Assembly (NCBI GenBank): GCA_965223505.1
Contig: CBDCWP010000012.1
Span: 85,524-149,523, forward strand
Direction: 5' to 3'
DNA from: Planctomycetota bacterium
GTDB lineage: Bacteria; Planctomycetota; PLA2; JAEUHO01
DNA length: 64,000 nt
The notes below the pieces were generated by a model. It did no database searches and was not told the origin of the DNA. It worked only from the letters and a program-made list of their open reading frames with translations. Made by a program: the position numbers and the translations under genes. Each line of letters opens with the position of its first letter. Positions within the stretch are counted from its first letter, which is position 1. Positions 46,458-56,073 of the stretch are shown here, piece after piece.

Positions 46458-48632
46458 ATGCGCCGAGTACCGCTGATTCTCGTCTTGCTCGCCCTGGCCG
46501 GCGTTGCGGCCCTGCTGTGGGACGACCTCGGCGCGCTTTGGCGCGGCGACGCGAGCGCGGTCGACGACCCCTATGACGACGCCGCAGAGCTCGTCGGCGG
46601 CGCGACGCTCGACGAAGCGGCCGGCCGAGCGCCCGGCTTGAGAGGCAATCCAGGCGCCGCCAGGGGCCCGCGCGGCGACGGCGACGGCGAGGGCGCCGAT
46701 GGCGGCGCGAAGGACGGCGGCGGCGACGCGACGCTCGTTCTCGAAGGGGGCGTTCCGTTCAAGGGCAAGGTCGTCGACGCCAACGGACGAGGCGTCGCCG
46801 AGGCGAAGATCACACTCGTTCGCGCGGGCGCCGTCCTCACGTTCGTGACCGACGAAGACGGCGCGTTCGAGCACGGACCGCAGCCGGGCCGCTGGGACCT
46901 GAGCGTGAGCGCGCCGGGGATCGGCTCGCTGCTGCGCCGCAACATGATGATCGACGGCGCGAACAGTGACGACCTCACGTTCAACCTGCGCAAGCCCGGA
47001 ACGCTGACCGTGCTCCTGGAAGGCGCCAAGGGCTCCGTCGAGGGCGTCGAGCTGTCGATGACCGCGAAGGGGTTCAGCGCCGACAGCCTTGCCGCGTTCG
47101 AGGCCGTCACCGACGCCGAGGGGCGGGCCGTGTTCGAGGACCTGCCCGGCGCCAACTACGAGATCCGCGCCCAGGTGCCCGAGGGGCCGGCCTTGCTCCA
47201 GACGATCGGCGTCTGGAGCAACCGAACGCTGCGCATCAAGATTCCGGGCGGCGTCCAGCTCACCGGACAGGTGACGGAGGGCAAGGACGGCCCCGGGGTC
47301 GGGAACGCGATCATCACCGTCGACGTCGCGCCTCACCGGTCGAACGGAACGATCCTGCAGACCGAGATTACGACGGAGTCGGACGGGAAGTTCGCGGCGT
47401 TCGTGCCCACCGGAAGGGTGCGCGCGCTGCGCGTGCAGGCGGAGGGCTTCGCGCCGTGGCCCAATCCCCAGAACTGGCGCGAGCGGCGCGACGCTCTGCG
47501 GCCCCTGAACGCCATCTCGAGGGGCAAGCCCGCGGTCACGAAGATCCACATGCGGTCCGGTGCGAGCGTGCGTGGCACGGTCACGGACGACGCCGGCAAC
47601 GGGATGGCCTGCGCGTTCCGCGTGCTGGGCCGTCGCGGCACGGTCGTCGAGGCCTCGTCGAACGAGGACGGTTCGTACGCGGTGCCGGACCTGAACCCCG
47701 GGCGCTTCTGGATCGCCGTCGTCACCCCCGGGCTCTATCCGAAGGACCCGCTCGTGTTCGACGTCCAGGGCGAGGCGCCGACGACCTACGATTTCACGTT
47801 GCTGGGCGCGCGCCGCATCCAGGGCGTGGTCCTGACGGCCGAAGGACAGCCGGCGCTCGGTGCTCGCGTCTGGCTGGTCGGCGGCGGCGCGCAGGTGAAC
47901 AGCGCGAAGCGCGGCGGTCGGCCCCTGGAGACCTTCTCCGACGAGCGCGGCCGATGGATGCTCGCGGACGTACCGACGGACCGCAGCGTCACGGTGCGCG
48001 CCGCGATGGCGTCGGAAGAGGCGACGCCGTTCGGCCTCTCGTTCAAGCGACCCGTCCCGGAAGCAATCAAGCTCACGCTGGCGGGCACGGCGTCGGTGCG
48101 CGTGAAGGTCATCGACATGGTGACCCGGCAGCCGCTGGAGAACGCCAACCTCAGGCTGCGGCCCGACGGTGATCCGCCGGGACGTACCAACCGAACGGCG
48201 CGCACGAATCGAAACGGCATTGCGAACCTGTACCGGCTCATTCCCGGCCGCTGGTCATTCGAGGGCGAGTTGCGCTACTACATGAAGTACGAGCCGAAGA
48301 TCGTTCGTCTCGAAGCGTCCGACGATCTCGTGGACGTGACGATCGAGCTCGATCCGGGGTTGGTCTTCGCGGGCGTCGTCGTGAACGAACAGAACCTTCC
48401 GATGCGCAACGTCCAGGTGCGCGTCTGGGGCACGGACCAGGACGGCAAGGGCGTCGGGCGTCGGACGGCGACGACCAACCAGCGCGGCGAGTTCCGTCTG
48501 ACCGGCTACGCGCGTGGAGCGTACGTCCTCGACGCGCGCACGCGCAATTACAAGCGGCTGAAGCTCGACGGCCTCCCGGGCGGCGACGACCGGCTCGTCC
48601 TGCGCATGGAGCCCCAAGCCCCGAAGCGGTAG
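46458..48632 (+). CDS. Membrane-anchored carboxypeptidase-regulatory-like repeat protein
   Basis: N-terminal TM; repeated G.V.D..G.P..A.V...TD.DG.F...L.PG units. Confidence 0.85.
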   Translation: MRRVPLILVLLALAGVAALLWDDLGALWRGDASAVDDPYDDAAELVGGATLDEAAGRAPGLRGNPGAARGPRGDGDGEGADGGAKDGGGDATLVLEGGVPFKGKVVDANGRGVAEAKITLVRAGAVLTFVTDEDGAFEHGPQPGRWDLSVSAPGIGSLLRRNMMIDGANSDDLTFNLRKPGTLTVLLEGAKGSVEGVELSMTAKGFSADSLAAFEAVTDAEGRAVFEDLPGANYEIRAQVPEGPALLQTIGVWSNRTLRIKIPGGVQLTGQVTEGKDGPGVGNAIITVDVAPHRSNGTILQTEITTESDGKFAAFVPTGRVRALRVQAEGFAPWPNPQNWRERRDALRPLNAISRGKPAVTKIHMRSGASVRGTVTDDAGNGMACAFRVLGRRGTVVEASSNEDGSYAVPDLNPGRFWIAVVTPGLYPKDPLVFDVQGEAPTTYDFTLLGARRIQGVVLTAEGQPALGARVWLVGGGAQVNSAKRGGRPLETFSDERGRWMLADVPTDRSVTVRAAMASEEATPFGLSFKRPVPEAIKLTLAGTASVRVKVIDMVTRQPLENANLRLRPDGDPPGRTNRTARTNRNGIANLYRLIPGRWSFEGELRYYMKYEPKIVRLEASDDLVDVTIELDPGLVFAGVVVNEQNLPMRNVQVRVWGTDQDGKGVGRRTATTNQRGEFRLTGYARGAYVLDARTRNYKRLKLDGLPGGDDRLVLRMEPQAPKR

Positions 48633-48767
48633 GGGAGAGCCGGCCCGGCGCCACGCGGGACTGCGACCGGACGCAAGACCGAACGTCCCTTCGCGATCCC
48701 TGTGCGTCCCCGACGAGCCTCGTACCATTCCTGTCGGCTCCCCGGCCGCATTCCAGGAGGGTTGACG

Positions 48768-51494
48768 ATGTCCGGCAGATCCCTCGTTCTGCCCCTGCTG
48801 TTGGTCGTGCTGGCCGGTGCAGGGATCGCATATCTACTCGGCGGTGACGCGTGGTTCGGCGGCTCGTCGTCGGACGACGACGGCGCCGAAAACGGCGACG
48901 CGCAGGGCGACATGTCCGGCGGGGGCGACGGCGACGCGTCAGGAGCCGGTTCAGCCGACGGCAAGGGCCCCGTGCTCTTCGCCCGTACGGACGCGCTGAT
49001 CGGTGAGGGCGAGCTCATCGGCCGCGTCGTCGACTTCCAGACGAAGGAGCCCGTGAAGGCAGCGACCGTCACGATCGCCGGCGATGCCTACGACGAGACG
49101 ACGATCGCGCTGAGCGCGACGACGGGCGAGAACGGCAGCTTCCACATGCCGGCCGTGCCTTCGGGGCCGGCGTACACGCTCCACGTGGACGCGGGCGACG
49201 CGGGCGACCGCGTGCTCTCGATCTCCGTCGCGGCGAACGACGTCACCGATCTGCAGACGATCTGGCTCGGGCAGACGGGCGTGCTCGAAGGCGTCGTGCG
49301 CTCCGCGTCCGGGGAGGCGCTGCGCGGGGCGATCGTCGAGGTGCACCCCGGCGGCATGTCGCAAGCGGAGATGATGCAGAACTTCTTCGAGCTGTTCAGC
49401 AATCTCGATCGCGATCCGAAGCCCATCGCGCAGGGCGAGTCGGAAGCCGGCGGCAAGTTCAAGATCGAGAATGTCGCGCCGGGTCCGTTCACGCTCATCG
49501 TCCGGCAGCGCGGGTTCAAGGTCGGAAGCGTCGCCTTCGTCATGTCGCAAGACGGGGCGGTCGGCGGCCCGGTCGAGGTCCGCCTGGCTCGCTCGGCGAT
49601 CATCAAGGGCCAGGTCGTCGACGTGGACGGCCGCGGCGTCGGCGATGCGCGCGTCGCGTTGATCGACCAGAGCAACGTCGAGTCGGGCTTCTACGGCCGC
49701 TACTTCAGCGCCACCGACGAGGACGGCTACTTCGAGATCGGCTCGCCGCCGGCCGGAGGGCGGCTGCTGGCGATCGTGGCGGCCGACGGCTATCCCACGC
49801 GCATCTCCGAACTCAAGCCCGAGGACCCGAACCAGAAGCTGGTTCTCTACGGCGGCGCGACGCTCGTCGTCCGGGTGATCCACGCCGACGGCGGGGCGCC
49901 GATCGAAGGCGCGCAGATCGTCGCGATGCTCAGCGACACCGAGAACCTGGGCGGCAACGACGGCAACCTCGTGACGGGGCTGTCCGATCACAACGGCGAG
50001 GTCGAGCTGGAAGCGCGCCCGGGCTTCATGCCGATCATGCTCTTCAGCCACCCCGACGAAGGCTCGGGCATGTACATGGGCAGCGGCGGCTTCGGCGCCA
50101 TGGGCATGCTCGAGGGACCCGAGTCCACGAAGATCGAGCCGGGCGACAACCTGATGATCTTCAAGAAGAAGCGCGGCTTCATCATCACCGGCGTCGTGCG
50201 CGGTCCGGACGGCGCACCGATGCCCGGCGTGAAGTGCAGCGTCGGGATGGCGTTCGGCGGCATCGGATCGCGCACCGGCGTGACGGACGAGGACGGCGTC
50301 TATCGCCTCGCCAGCATGACGGCGCAGGGCGCCGTGGTAAACGTCACGGCGCCGGGTTACGTGCAGGACCCGGAGACGCGCGCGGTCGGGAAGGAGCCGG
50401 AGTCCGGCAACGTCGTCGAGCACGACGTCCAGCTGCTGGTCGCCGCGTCGGTGACCGGCCGCGTCGTGGACCCGCAGGGCGTCGCGCTTTCGGGTGTGCA
50501 GGTGCGGTTGTCGGCGGCAGGAGGCCGCGGCTTCGACGTGAGCGAGATGATGCGCGGCGGCGGCACCGTCGTTTCCGACAACCAAGGACGCTTCCGCATC
50601 AGCAACGTCGTCGCGGGCACGTACCACGTCGTCGGCAAGCGAGCGGGCTACGTCCTGAGCAAGACGGACGACTTCGAGGTCGAGAACGGCAAGGAGGCCA
50701 AGTCGCCCGACCTGAAGATGCGCAAGGGCGTCGAGCTGAAGATCAACGTGGTCGACGCGTCAGGCAGCGCGCTGAAGGAGGCGCGCGTCGAGGTCTCCAT
50801 CTCGCGCAAGGAAGAGGTGTCCTGGGACTTCATGTCGCAGTTCTCCTCGTTCGACGACGTGTACACCGACGCGTCCGGCATCGCGCGCGTGCGCGACGTG
50901 CCGGACGGCGTCGCCACGATCACGGCGACGGCCAAGGGCAGCGCCAGTACGCGCAAGACACTCACCATCGACGCCGCGAATCCACCGGGTGAGATCCGCA
51001 TCCGCATGCGTGAGGCGATCGCGGTGAACGGCGTCGTCGTCGACGACGAGGGGAACCCCGTCGCCAACGCGACGATCGTCGCCTCGGGAACGATCGACCG
51101 GCCGACCCTCGTCGTTCCGGGCTCCGCGTCGGGCACGCCGGCCGGGAGCAACGACGACGCCTGGATCCCCACGACGAACACGACGACGGACTCGCGCGGC
51201 CGGTTCGAGATCCAGGGCATGCCGGACGGCACTTTCTCGCTCACGGTCCGCGCGGAGGACTTCGTCAACCACACGGAGAAGATCAACGGGCGCGCCGACG
51301 GCCTGCGTATCGAGCTGCGCAAGAAGGACCCGGCGCTGCAGGGCAGGATCGACGAGCTCCAGAAGGAGCTCATGGAGATCTACGGGCGCATGGCGTCGGC
51401 GAAGGACGACGGCGAACGCAAGGCGATCCAGGCCGAAGCGGCGACCATCCAGCAGGAGCTGCAGCGTTTGCGCAAGCAGATGGGAGAGCGGTAG
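48768..51494 (+). CDS. Membrane-anchored carboxypeptidase-regulatory-like repeat protein with C-terminal coiled coil
   Basis: AGGAGG RBS, TM anchor, many repeats, tail RIDELQKELMEIY... Confidence 0.88.
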   Translation: MSGRSLVLPLLLVVLAGAGIAYLLGGDAWFGGSSSDDDGAENGDAQGDMSGGGDGDASGAGSADGKGPVLFARTDALIGEGELIGRVVDFQTKEPVKAATVTIAGDAYDETTIALSATTGENGSFHMPAVPSGPAYTLHVDAGDAGDRVLSISVAANDVTDLQTIWLGQTGVLEGVVRSASGEALRGAIVEVHPGGMSQAEMMQNFFELFSNLDRDPKPIAQGESEAGGKFKIENVAPGPFTLIVRQRGFKVGSVAFVMSQDGAVGGPVEVRLARSAIIKGQVVDVDGRGVGDARVALIDQSNVESGFYGRYFSATDEDGYFEIGSPPAGGRLLAIVAADGYPTRISELKPEDPNQKLVLYGGATLVVRVIHADGGAPIEGAQIVAMLSDTENLGGNDGNLVTGLSDHNGEVELEARPGFMPIMLFSHPDEGSGMYMGSGGFGAMGMLEGPESTKIEPGDNLMIFKKKRGFIITGVVRGPDGAPMPGVKCSVGMAFGGIGSRTGVTDEDGVYRLASMTAQGAVVNVTAPGYVQDPETRAVGKEPESGNVVEHDVQLLVAASVTGRVVDPQGVALSGVQVRLSAAGGRGFDVSEMMRGGGTVVSDNQGRFRISNVVAGTYHVVGKRAGYVLSKTDDFEVENGKEAKSPDLKMRKGVELKINVVDASGSALKEARVEVSISRKEEVSWDFMSQFSSFDDVYTDASGIARVRDVPDGVATITATAKGSASTRKTLTIDAANPPGEIRIRMREAIAVNGVVVDDEGNPVANATIVASGTIDRPTLVVPGSASGTPAGSNDDAWIPTTNTTTDSRGRFEIQGMPDGTFSLTVRAEDFVNHTEKINGRADGLRIELRKKDPALQGRIDELQKELMEIYGRMASAKDDGERKAIQAEAATIQQELQRLRKQMGER

Positions 51495-51504
51495 CCTCGG
51501 ACGC

Positions 51505-54132
51505 ATGAGTCGCGCGACGCCCGCCCTCGGACTGCTGCTCCTGGCGGCGGCGGCGCTCGTCATGTGGGTCGGCGGCCTCGGGCCGTTCGCGCCCGCGCAG
51601 ACGCAGGCGACGGACCCGTCCGGCGGCGAGCGCGCGCTGCTGGACGGCGGCGGCGCCGACGAGGCCGATCCGGCCGACGGCGCGAGCGCCGAACGACGGC
51701 CGCACCTCTTCGCCGGTCCCGGCGCCCGGCGCCCCGGCAAGGGTGTCGTGCTCGCGAAGGTGGTCGACTACACGACGGGCGAGGCGATGGAAGGCGTACG
51801 GCTGGAGGTCGTGGGCACCGGCTTCGACGAAGAGAAGGTCCACGCGACCGCGACGTCCACGAAGGAGGGCGCGCTGCACATCGCCGACGTGCCCGCCGGT
51901 GAGGGGTACGAAGCGGTGCTGCACGCGCCGCTTCGCGATCCGGCGCGCATCGTGCTGCCGGCGTTCGACGTCCGCGCCGGCGACGTCGCCGATCTCGGCA
52001 TCGTCTGGTGGGGGAAGCGCAGCGCGTTGCGAGGCATCGTGCGCGACGAGAGCGCCCGGCCGGTCGAAGGTGCGCAGATCGGCGTCTATCCCGCCGGGTC
52101 GCAGCTACGCCAGGACGAGCCCGACATCGTCGAGATCATTCGCAACCTCGACCGGGATCCGGAGCCGATCGCGGCCACCGAGAGCGGCGAGGACGGGCGC
52201 TTCGCCTTCGCGCAGGTGCGCACCGGGCCCTTGACGCTCGTCGTGCGCAAGGACGGATACTTCGTCGGTACCTACACGCTCGTCATGTCCGAGACGGGCG
52301 CGGTGGGCGGCGATCCCGACGTCCGGCTCCGACCGATGGAGCCCATTACCGGCCGCGTCATCGACGAGAAGGGACGCGGGGTCGAGGGCGCGCGCATCGC
52401 GTTCGAGGCGCAGGGCGACGACCTCGACGGGTTCATCGAACGCAAATTCGTGCACACGGATCGCGACGGCCGGTTCGAGGTGCGCTCGGCCCCGCGGGTG
52501 GACCGCTGGCTGACGATCACGGCCGCGCCGGGCTACCCGCGGCTGCATCGGCGCATCGAGGCGGGTGAGCGCGACCTCACCTTCACGCTCGTGGCGGGCG
52601 CCAACCTGCGCTTGACGCTGCGCGAGCTGGGCACCACGCGTCCCATCCCCGACGCGACGGTGAGCCTGTTCATGGAGGACGGCGAGGCCAAGCGCGGCGG
52701 CGCCTTCAGCCTCGGTGTCACCGACGTCAACGGCGTGGTCGAGCTCGTCGGGCGGCCGGGCCGCGTCCAGGCCGCGCTGATCGCCCAGGCCGAGTACGGC
52801 ACGGGTCTCTACGTTCCCGGCGACTCGCGCGACGCGTACCGCTGGGTGCACGGACCGAAGAAGATCTCGCTGAAGGCCGGCAAGACGACCGAGGCGACGT
52901 TCGAGATCGCCGCCGCCGTCACGCTCACCGGTCGCGTGCTCGATCCCGACGGCAACCCGGTCGCAGGCGTGCAGGTGTTGCGCAGCGGCGACACGCAACA
53001 CATGGAGCGCGTCCGCACGGTCTCGGACGGCGCGGGCCGCTACAGCATCCCGTGCCGCGCGCGCATGAAGAACGAGATCACCTTGATCGCGCCCGGCTTC
53101 GCACGCGCGACCTACGTGCTCAAGGAGCAGTACGAGGCGAACGCGGTCGTCGAGAAGGACTTGAAGCTCCTCACCGCGGCCCTCGTGGTCGGCAAGGTTC
53201 TCGATGCGACGGGGCGACCGCTGGCCGGCGCCCGCGTGAAGCTCACGTTCCTGCGCCGGCGCGAGACGGGTCAGGTCCTGACGAACCAGGACGGCATGTA
53301 CCGCGTCGAGAACGTCGTGCCGGACTACAGTCCGTTCCGCGCCGTCGCCGTGCGAACCGGCTATCTCGCCGCGCGCAGCGACCAGTTCAAGACCGCCGCG
53401 GGGGAGGTGACGGAAGCGCCGGTGCTGCGGCTGAAGAAAGGACGCACCGTCGCCGTGCGCGTGCTGACCCCGGGCGGCCGGCCCGTTCGCGCGGCGCGCG
53501 TGCACGTGAAGATCGACGCGAAGGACGAGGTGCGCTTCGACGGCGGCGGGCGACAGCCCAAGCAAGATCGAACCGGCGCGGACGGGCGCGTCGTCTTCCA
53601 CGACCTGCATCCCGGCAAGCTGACGGTCGCCGCCGCCGCCGACGGGTACGCCGTCGAGGTCGAGCAAGCGACGCTCGCGGGCGAGAATCTCGACATCGAG
53701 ACGCGGCTGCGACGCGCGAACGATCTACGCGGCATCGTCACGCAGTCCGACGGCAAGCGCGTGAAGGGCGCCAAGGTGACGGTGCGTCACACGGGACGGC
53801 CCGGCGAGAAGGCGTTCATTCCGGTGACGGTGCGAACGAACGACAAAGGCGAGTACGAGGCGAGCGGCATTCCCGACGTCGAGGTCGCCGTGTACGTGCG
53901 CACGAACCGCCACCGCGCGCGCACGGTGACGGCGCGCGGCAACGACGGTCACGCCGACGTGGTGCTCGAGCCGGCGCCGCCCGAGGTGTTGGCGCGCATC
54001 AAGCAGATCGACAACGAGCTCAAGTCGTTGAAGAAGCGCGCGAAAGCGGACAAGCTCGGCAAGGAGGTCTTCAAGCCGCTGACCGACGAGCGCGCCCGCA
54101 TCCTGAAGGAGAACGGCATCAGGACGGACTAG
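51505..54132 (+). CDS. Paralogous carboxypeptidase-regulatory-like repeat protein
   Basis: Collinear with 48768-51494 (NLDRDP, VMS..GAVGG, PGYP, tail RIKQIDNEL). Confidence 0.88.
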   Translation: MSRATPALGLLLLAAAALVMWVGGLGPFAPAQTQATDPSGGERALLDGGGADEADPADGASAERRPHLFAGPGARRPGKGVVLAKVVDYTTGEAMEGVRLEVVGTGFDEEKVHATATSTKEGALHIADVPAGEGYEAVLHAPLRDPARIVLPAFDVRAGDVADLGIVWWGKRSALRGIVRDESARPVEGAQIGVYPAGSQLRQDEPDIVEIIRNLDRDPEPIAATESGEDGRFAFAQVRTGPLTLVVRKDGYFVGTYTLVMSETGAVGGDPDVRLRPMEPITGRVIDEKGRGVEGARIAFEAQGDDLDGFIERKFVHTDRDGRFEVRSAPRVDRWLTITAAPGYPRLHRRIEAGERDLTFTLVAGANLRLTLRELGTTRPIPDATVSLFMEDGEAKRGGAFSLGVTDVNGVVELVGRPGRVQAALIAQAEYGTGLYVPGDSRDAYRWVHGPKKISLKAGKTTEATFEIAAAVTLTGRVLDPDGNPVAGVQVLRSGDTQHMERVRTVSDGAGRYSIPCRARMKNEITLIAPGFARATYVLKEQYEANAVVEKDLKLLTAALVVGKVLDATGRPLAGARVKLTFLRRRETGQVLTNQDGMYRVENVVPDYSPFRAVAVRTGYLAARSDQFKTAAGEVTEAPVLRLKKGRTVAVRVLTPGGRPVRAARVHVKIDAKDEVRFDGGGRQPKQDRTGADGRVVFHDLHPGKLTVAAAADGYAVEVEQATLAGENLDIETRLRRANDLRGIVTQSDGKRVKGAKVTVRHTGRPGEKAFIPVTVRTNDKGEYEASGIPDVEVAVYVRTNRHRARTVTARGNDGHADVVLEPAPPEVLARIKQIDNELKSLKKRAKADKLGKEVFKPLTDERARILKENGIRTD

Positions 54133-54269
54133 GCTCTGTTTCGAAACTGCCGCTGCTGCGCCCGGCGATCCTCTTGCTGCGCCCGGCCCGAACTCGGAAC
54201 CTCGTCCTCGACGGGCACAGAGCCCGCCTGCGGCGAGAACCGCTCGTTCAGACTCGGGCTCGGCCTTCG

Positions 54270-54791
54270 CTACCGCCCGGCGCGCAGGCGCTCGAGGTTG
54301 AGCTTGGCCATCTCGTAGTCGGGGTCCTTCTCGAGCGCGGTCCGCAGGTAGCCCTCGGCCTGGTCGCGGTCGCCCGCGTAGAGCGCATGGAGCGCGAGCG
54401 CGTTGTACGGCTCCGGACGGTCGGGCTGGAGCCGCAGCGACTCTTCCAGCCAACGCCGCGCCTCGTCGGACGTTTCCGCGGCGCGCGCACGGTCGTAGGC
54501 GTCCCGAGCCTCGAGGACCCGGACGTCGGCCGCCGGCACGGCGTCGCTGGCGTTGCCGAAGACGCCGGCGCGGCCCCGCTCGCGCTGGTCGGCCATGTAG
54601 TCGCCGATCAGGTATCCGGCAACGCCGCCCAGCAGCCCGCCGATCACGACGCCGCCGAGCCCGGCCGTGACGCCGCCCAGGACGGCGCCGCCGCCTGCGC
54701 CGAAGATCGTCCCCGAGAGCCGTTCGTTCATCTGACACGCGGGCAGTAGCGCGAGGGACACGACCAGCAGGACGGCGACGACGGTGCGCAT
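54270..54791 (-). CDS. Lipoprotein with glycine zipper and TPR
   Basis: Lipobox LPAC, GAGGGAVLGG...GGLLGGVAGYLIG, TPR pattern ALEKDPDYEMAKLNL. Confidence 0.85.
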   Translation of the reverse strand: MRTVVAVLLVVSLALLPACQMNERLSGTIFGAGGGAVLGGVTAGLGGVVIGGLLGGVAGYLIGDYMADQRERGRAGVFGNASDAVPAADVRVLEARDAYDRARAAETSDEARRWLEESLRLQPDRPEPYNALALHALYAGDRDQAEGYLRTALEKDPDYEMAKLNLERLRAGR

Positions 54792-54868
54792 GACGAGTCT
54801 CCCGGGAACCGAGGTCCCCACATCCCAACAATCGGCCGGGCACGGCCTGCTCCGCATAAGATCCCCGC

Positions 54869-55720
54869 GTGCCTGCGCGCCTCCGTCTCCTGCTTCTCCT
54901 GACCGCCGTGCCCGCGCTGGTGGGCTGCGTGGAGGTGTCGGAGAGCTGGGCGATCGAGAGCGGCGGCGCCGGGACCTACGACCTCTCGATCCGGTGGCAG
55001 GCGGATCTTTGGCGGCGTGTCTCGGAGGTGCTCGGCGAGCGAACGATGAAGCGCCTTCAGGGTGCGCCCTTCCCGATGCGCGAGTCCGAGTGGCGTGACG
55101 GACTGACGGGGCTGAAGGGCGTCGAAATCCAGTCGTTGGGCACCGAAGAGCAGGAACGCGGTTGGCGGAAGCTGTCGGTCAAGCTGCGTTTCCAACGGGT
55201 CGCGGACCTCTTCCAGTGGGAGGTGCTCTCGCGCCGGCCGGCATCGTTCACCGTCGAGACGTCGCCGGACGACGAGGACGTCCGGGTCTGTCGCATGGAG
55301 ATGGCGCCGCTCATCGACGTTCCCGTGCTCGATCCCTTGAGCGCGCTGTTGAACGCGATCGACAACCCGCCGCCGACGGAGGCGTCCGCATCGGGCGAGG
55401 CCGATCGCAGGGACCCGCCGCCCTTGGAGCGGTTCGGCATCGACCAGCCCAACGCGGAGCTGGTCTGGCGGATGCTCAAGCCCGAGCTGGCGACGGCGAA
55501 GCTGGGGTTCACGCTCGCGACGCCCGGCATCATTCTCAGCCGCGATGGCCGCGCGGACCGCAGCGAAGAGCTCTCGACCACGTTCGCGTTCGATCTCGCG
55601 GCGCTGCGCGACGCGAAGACCGACCGTCGTCTGCGCTGCTCGTGGCGGGTGCGGCCCTTCGATGAGCCGCCGGTCCTGCGCAACGCCGGAACGGCCGCCG
55701 GGGCGCGCGCCAAGCGGTGA
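54869..55720 (+). CDS. Hypothetical lipoprotein
   Basis: Lipobox LVGC; TAAGAT box 6 nt upstream; stop overlaps the next gene. Confidence 0.8.
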   Translation: MPARLRLLLLLTAVPALVGCVEVSESWAIESGGAGTYDLSIRWQADLWRRVSEVLGERTMKRLQGAPFPMRESEWRDGLTGLKGVEIQSLGTEEQERGWRKLSVKLRFQRVADLFQWEVLSRRPASFTVETSPDDEDVRVCRMEMAPLIDVPVLDPLSALLNAIDNPPPTEASASGEADRRDPPPLERFGIDQPNAELVWRMLKPELATAKLGFTLATPGIILSRDGRADRSEELSTTFAFDLAALRDAKTDRRLRCSWRVRPFDEPPVLRNAGTAAGARAKR

Positions 55721-55986
55721 GCCGCGAACCCGTGCACGTGACGATGTACACCACCGGCCCCGACTGCACCCTCTGCGATGCCACCTGGCGCGACCTCCAG
55801 GTGCTCGCAGAGCGGCTGCCGTTCCGCCTGACGTCGGTCGACCTGCGCGACGCCGCGCCGCCGGAGCCCGATTACGTGTTTCGCACGCCGGTCGTCCACG
55901 TGGACGGGCGCCGCGTCGCCGAAGGGCGGATCGACCGCGCGGATCTCGAGCGCGCGCTGCGGAACGCGGGCGTGGGTGGCCGATAG
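55717..55986 (+). CDS. Glutaredoxin-like protein (DUF836-like)
   Basis: VTMYT..DCTLC, cis-Pro motif TPVVHVDG; 89 aa. Confidence 0.85.
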   Translation: MSREPVHVTMYTTGPDCTLCDATWRDLQVLAERLPFRLTSVDLRDAAPPEPDYVFRTPVVHVDGRRVAEGRIDRADLERALRNAGVGGR

Positions 55987-56073
55987 GGCCGACGGGTCGA
56001 TCGGATCCGGGCACCGCGTCCACGGGGGCGGCGGGGGGTAGACTCCGAGCCGACCCCCAACCGGAACCCGTCC

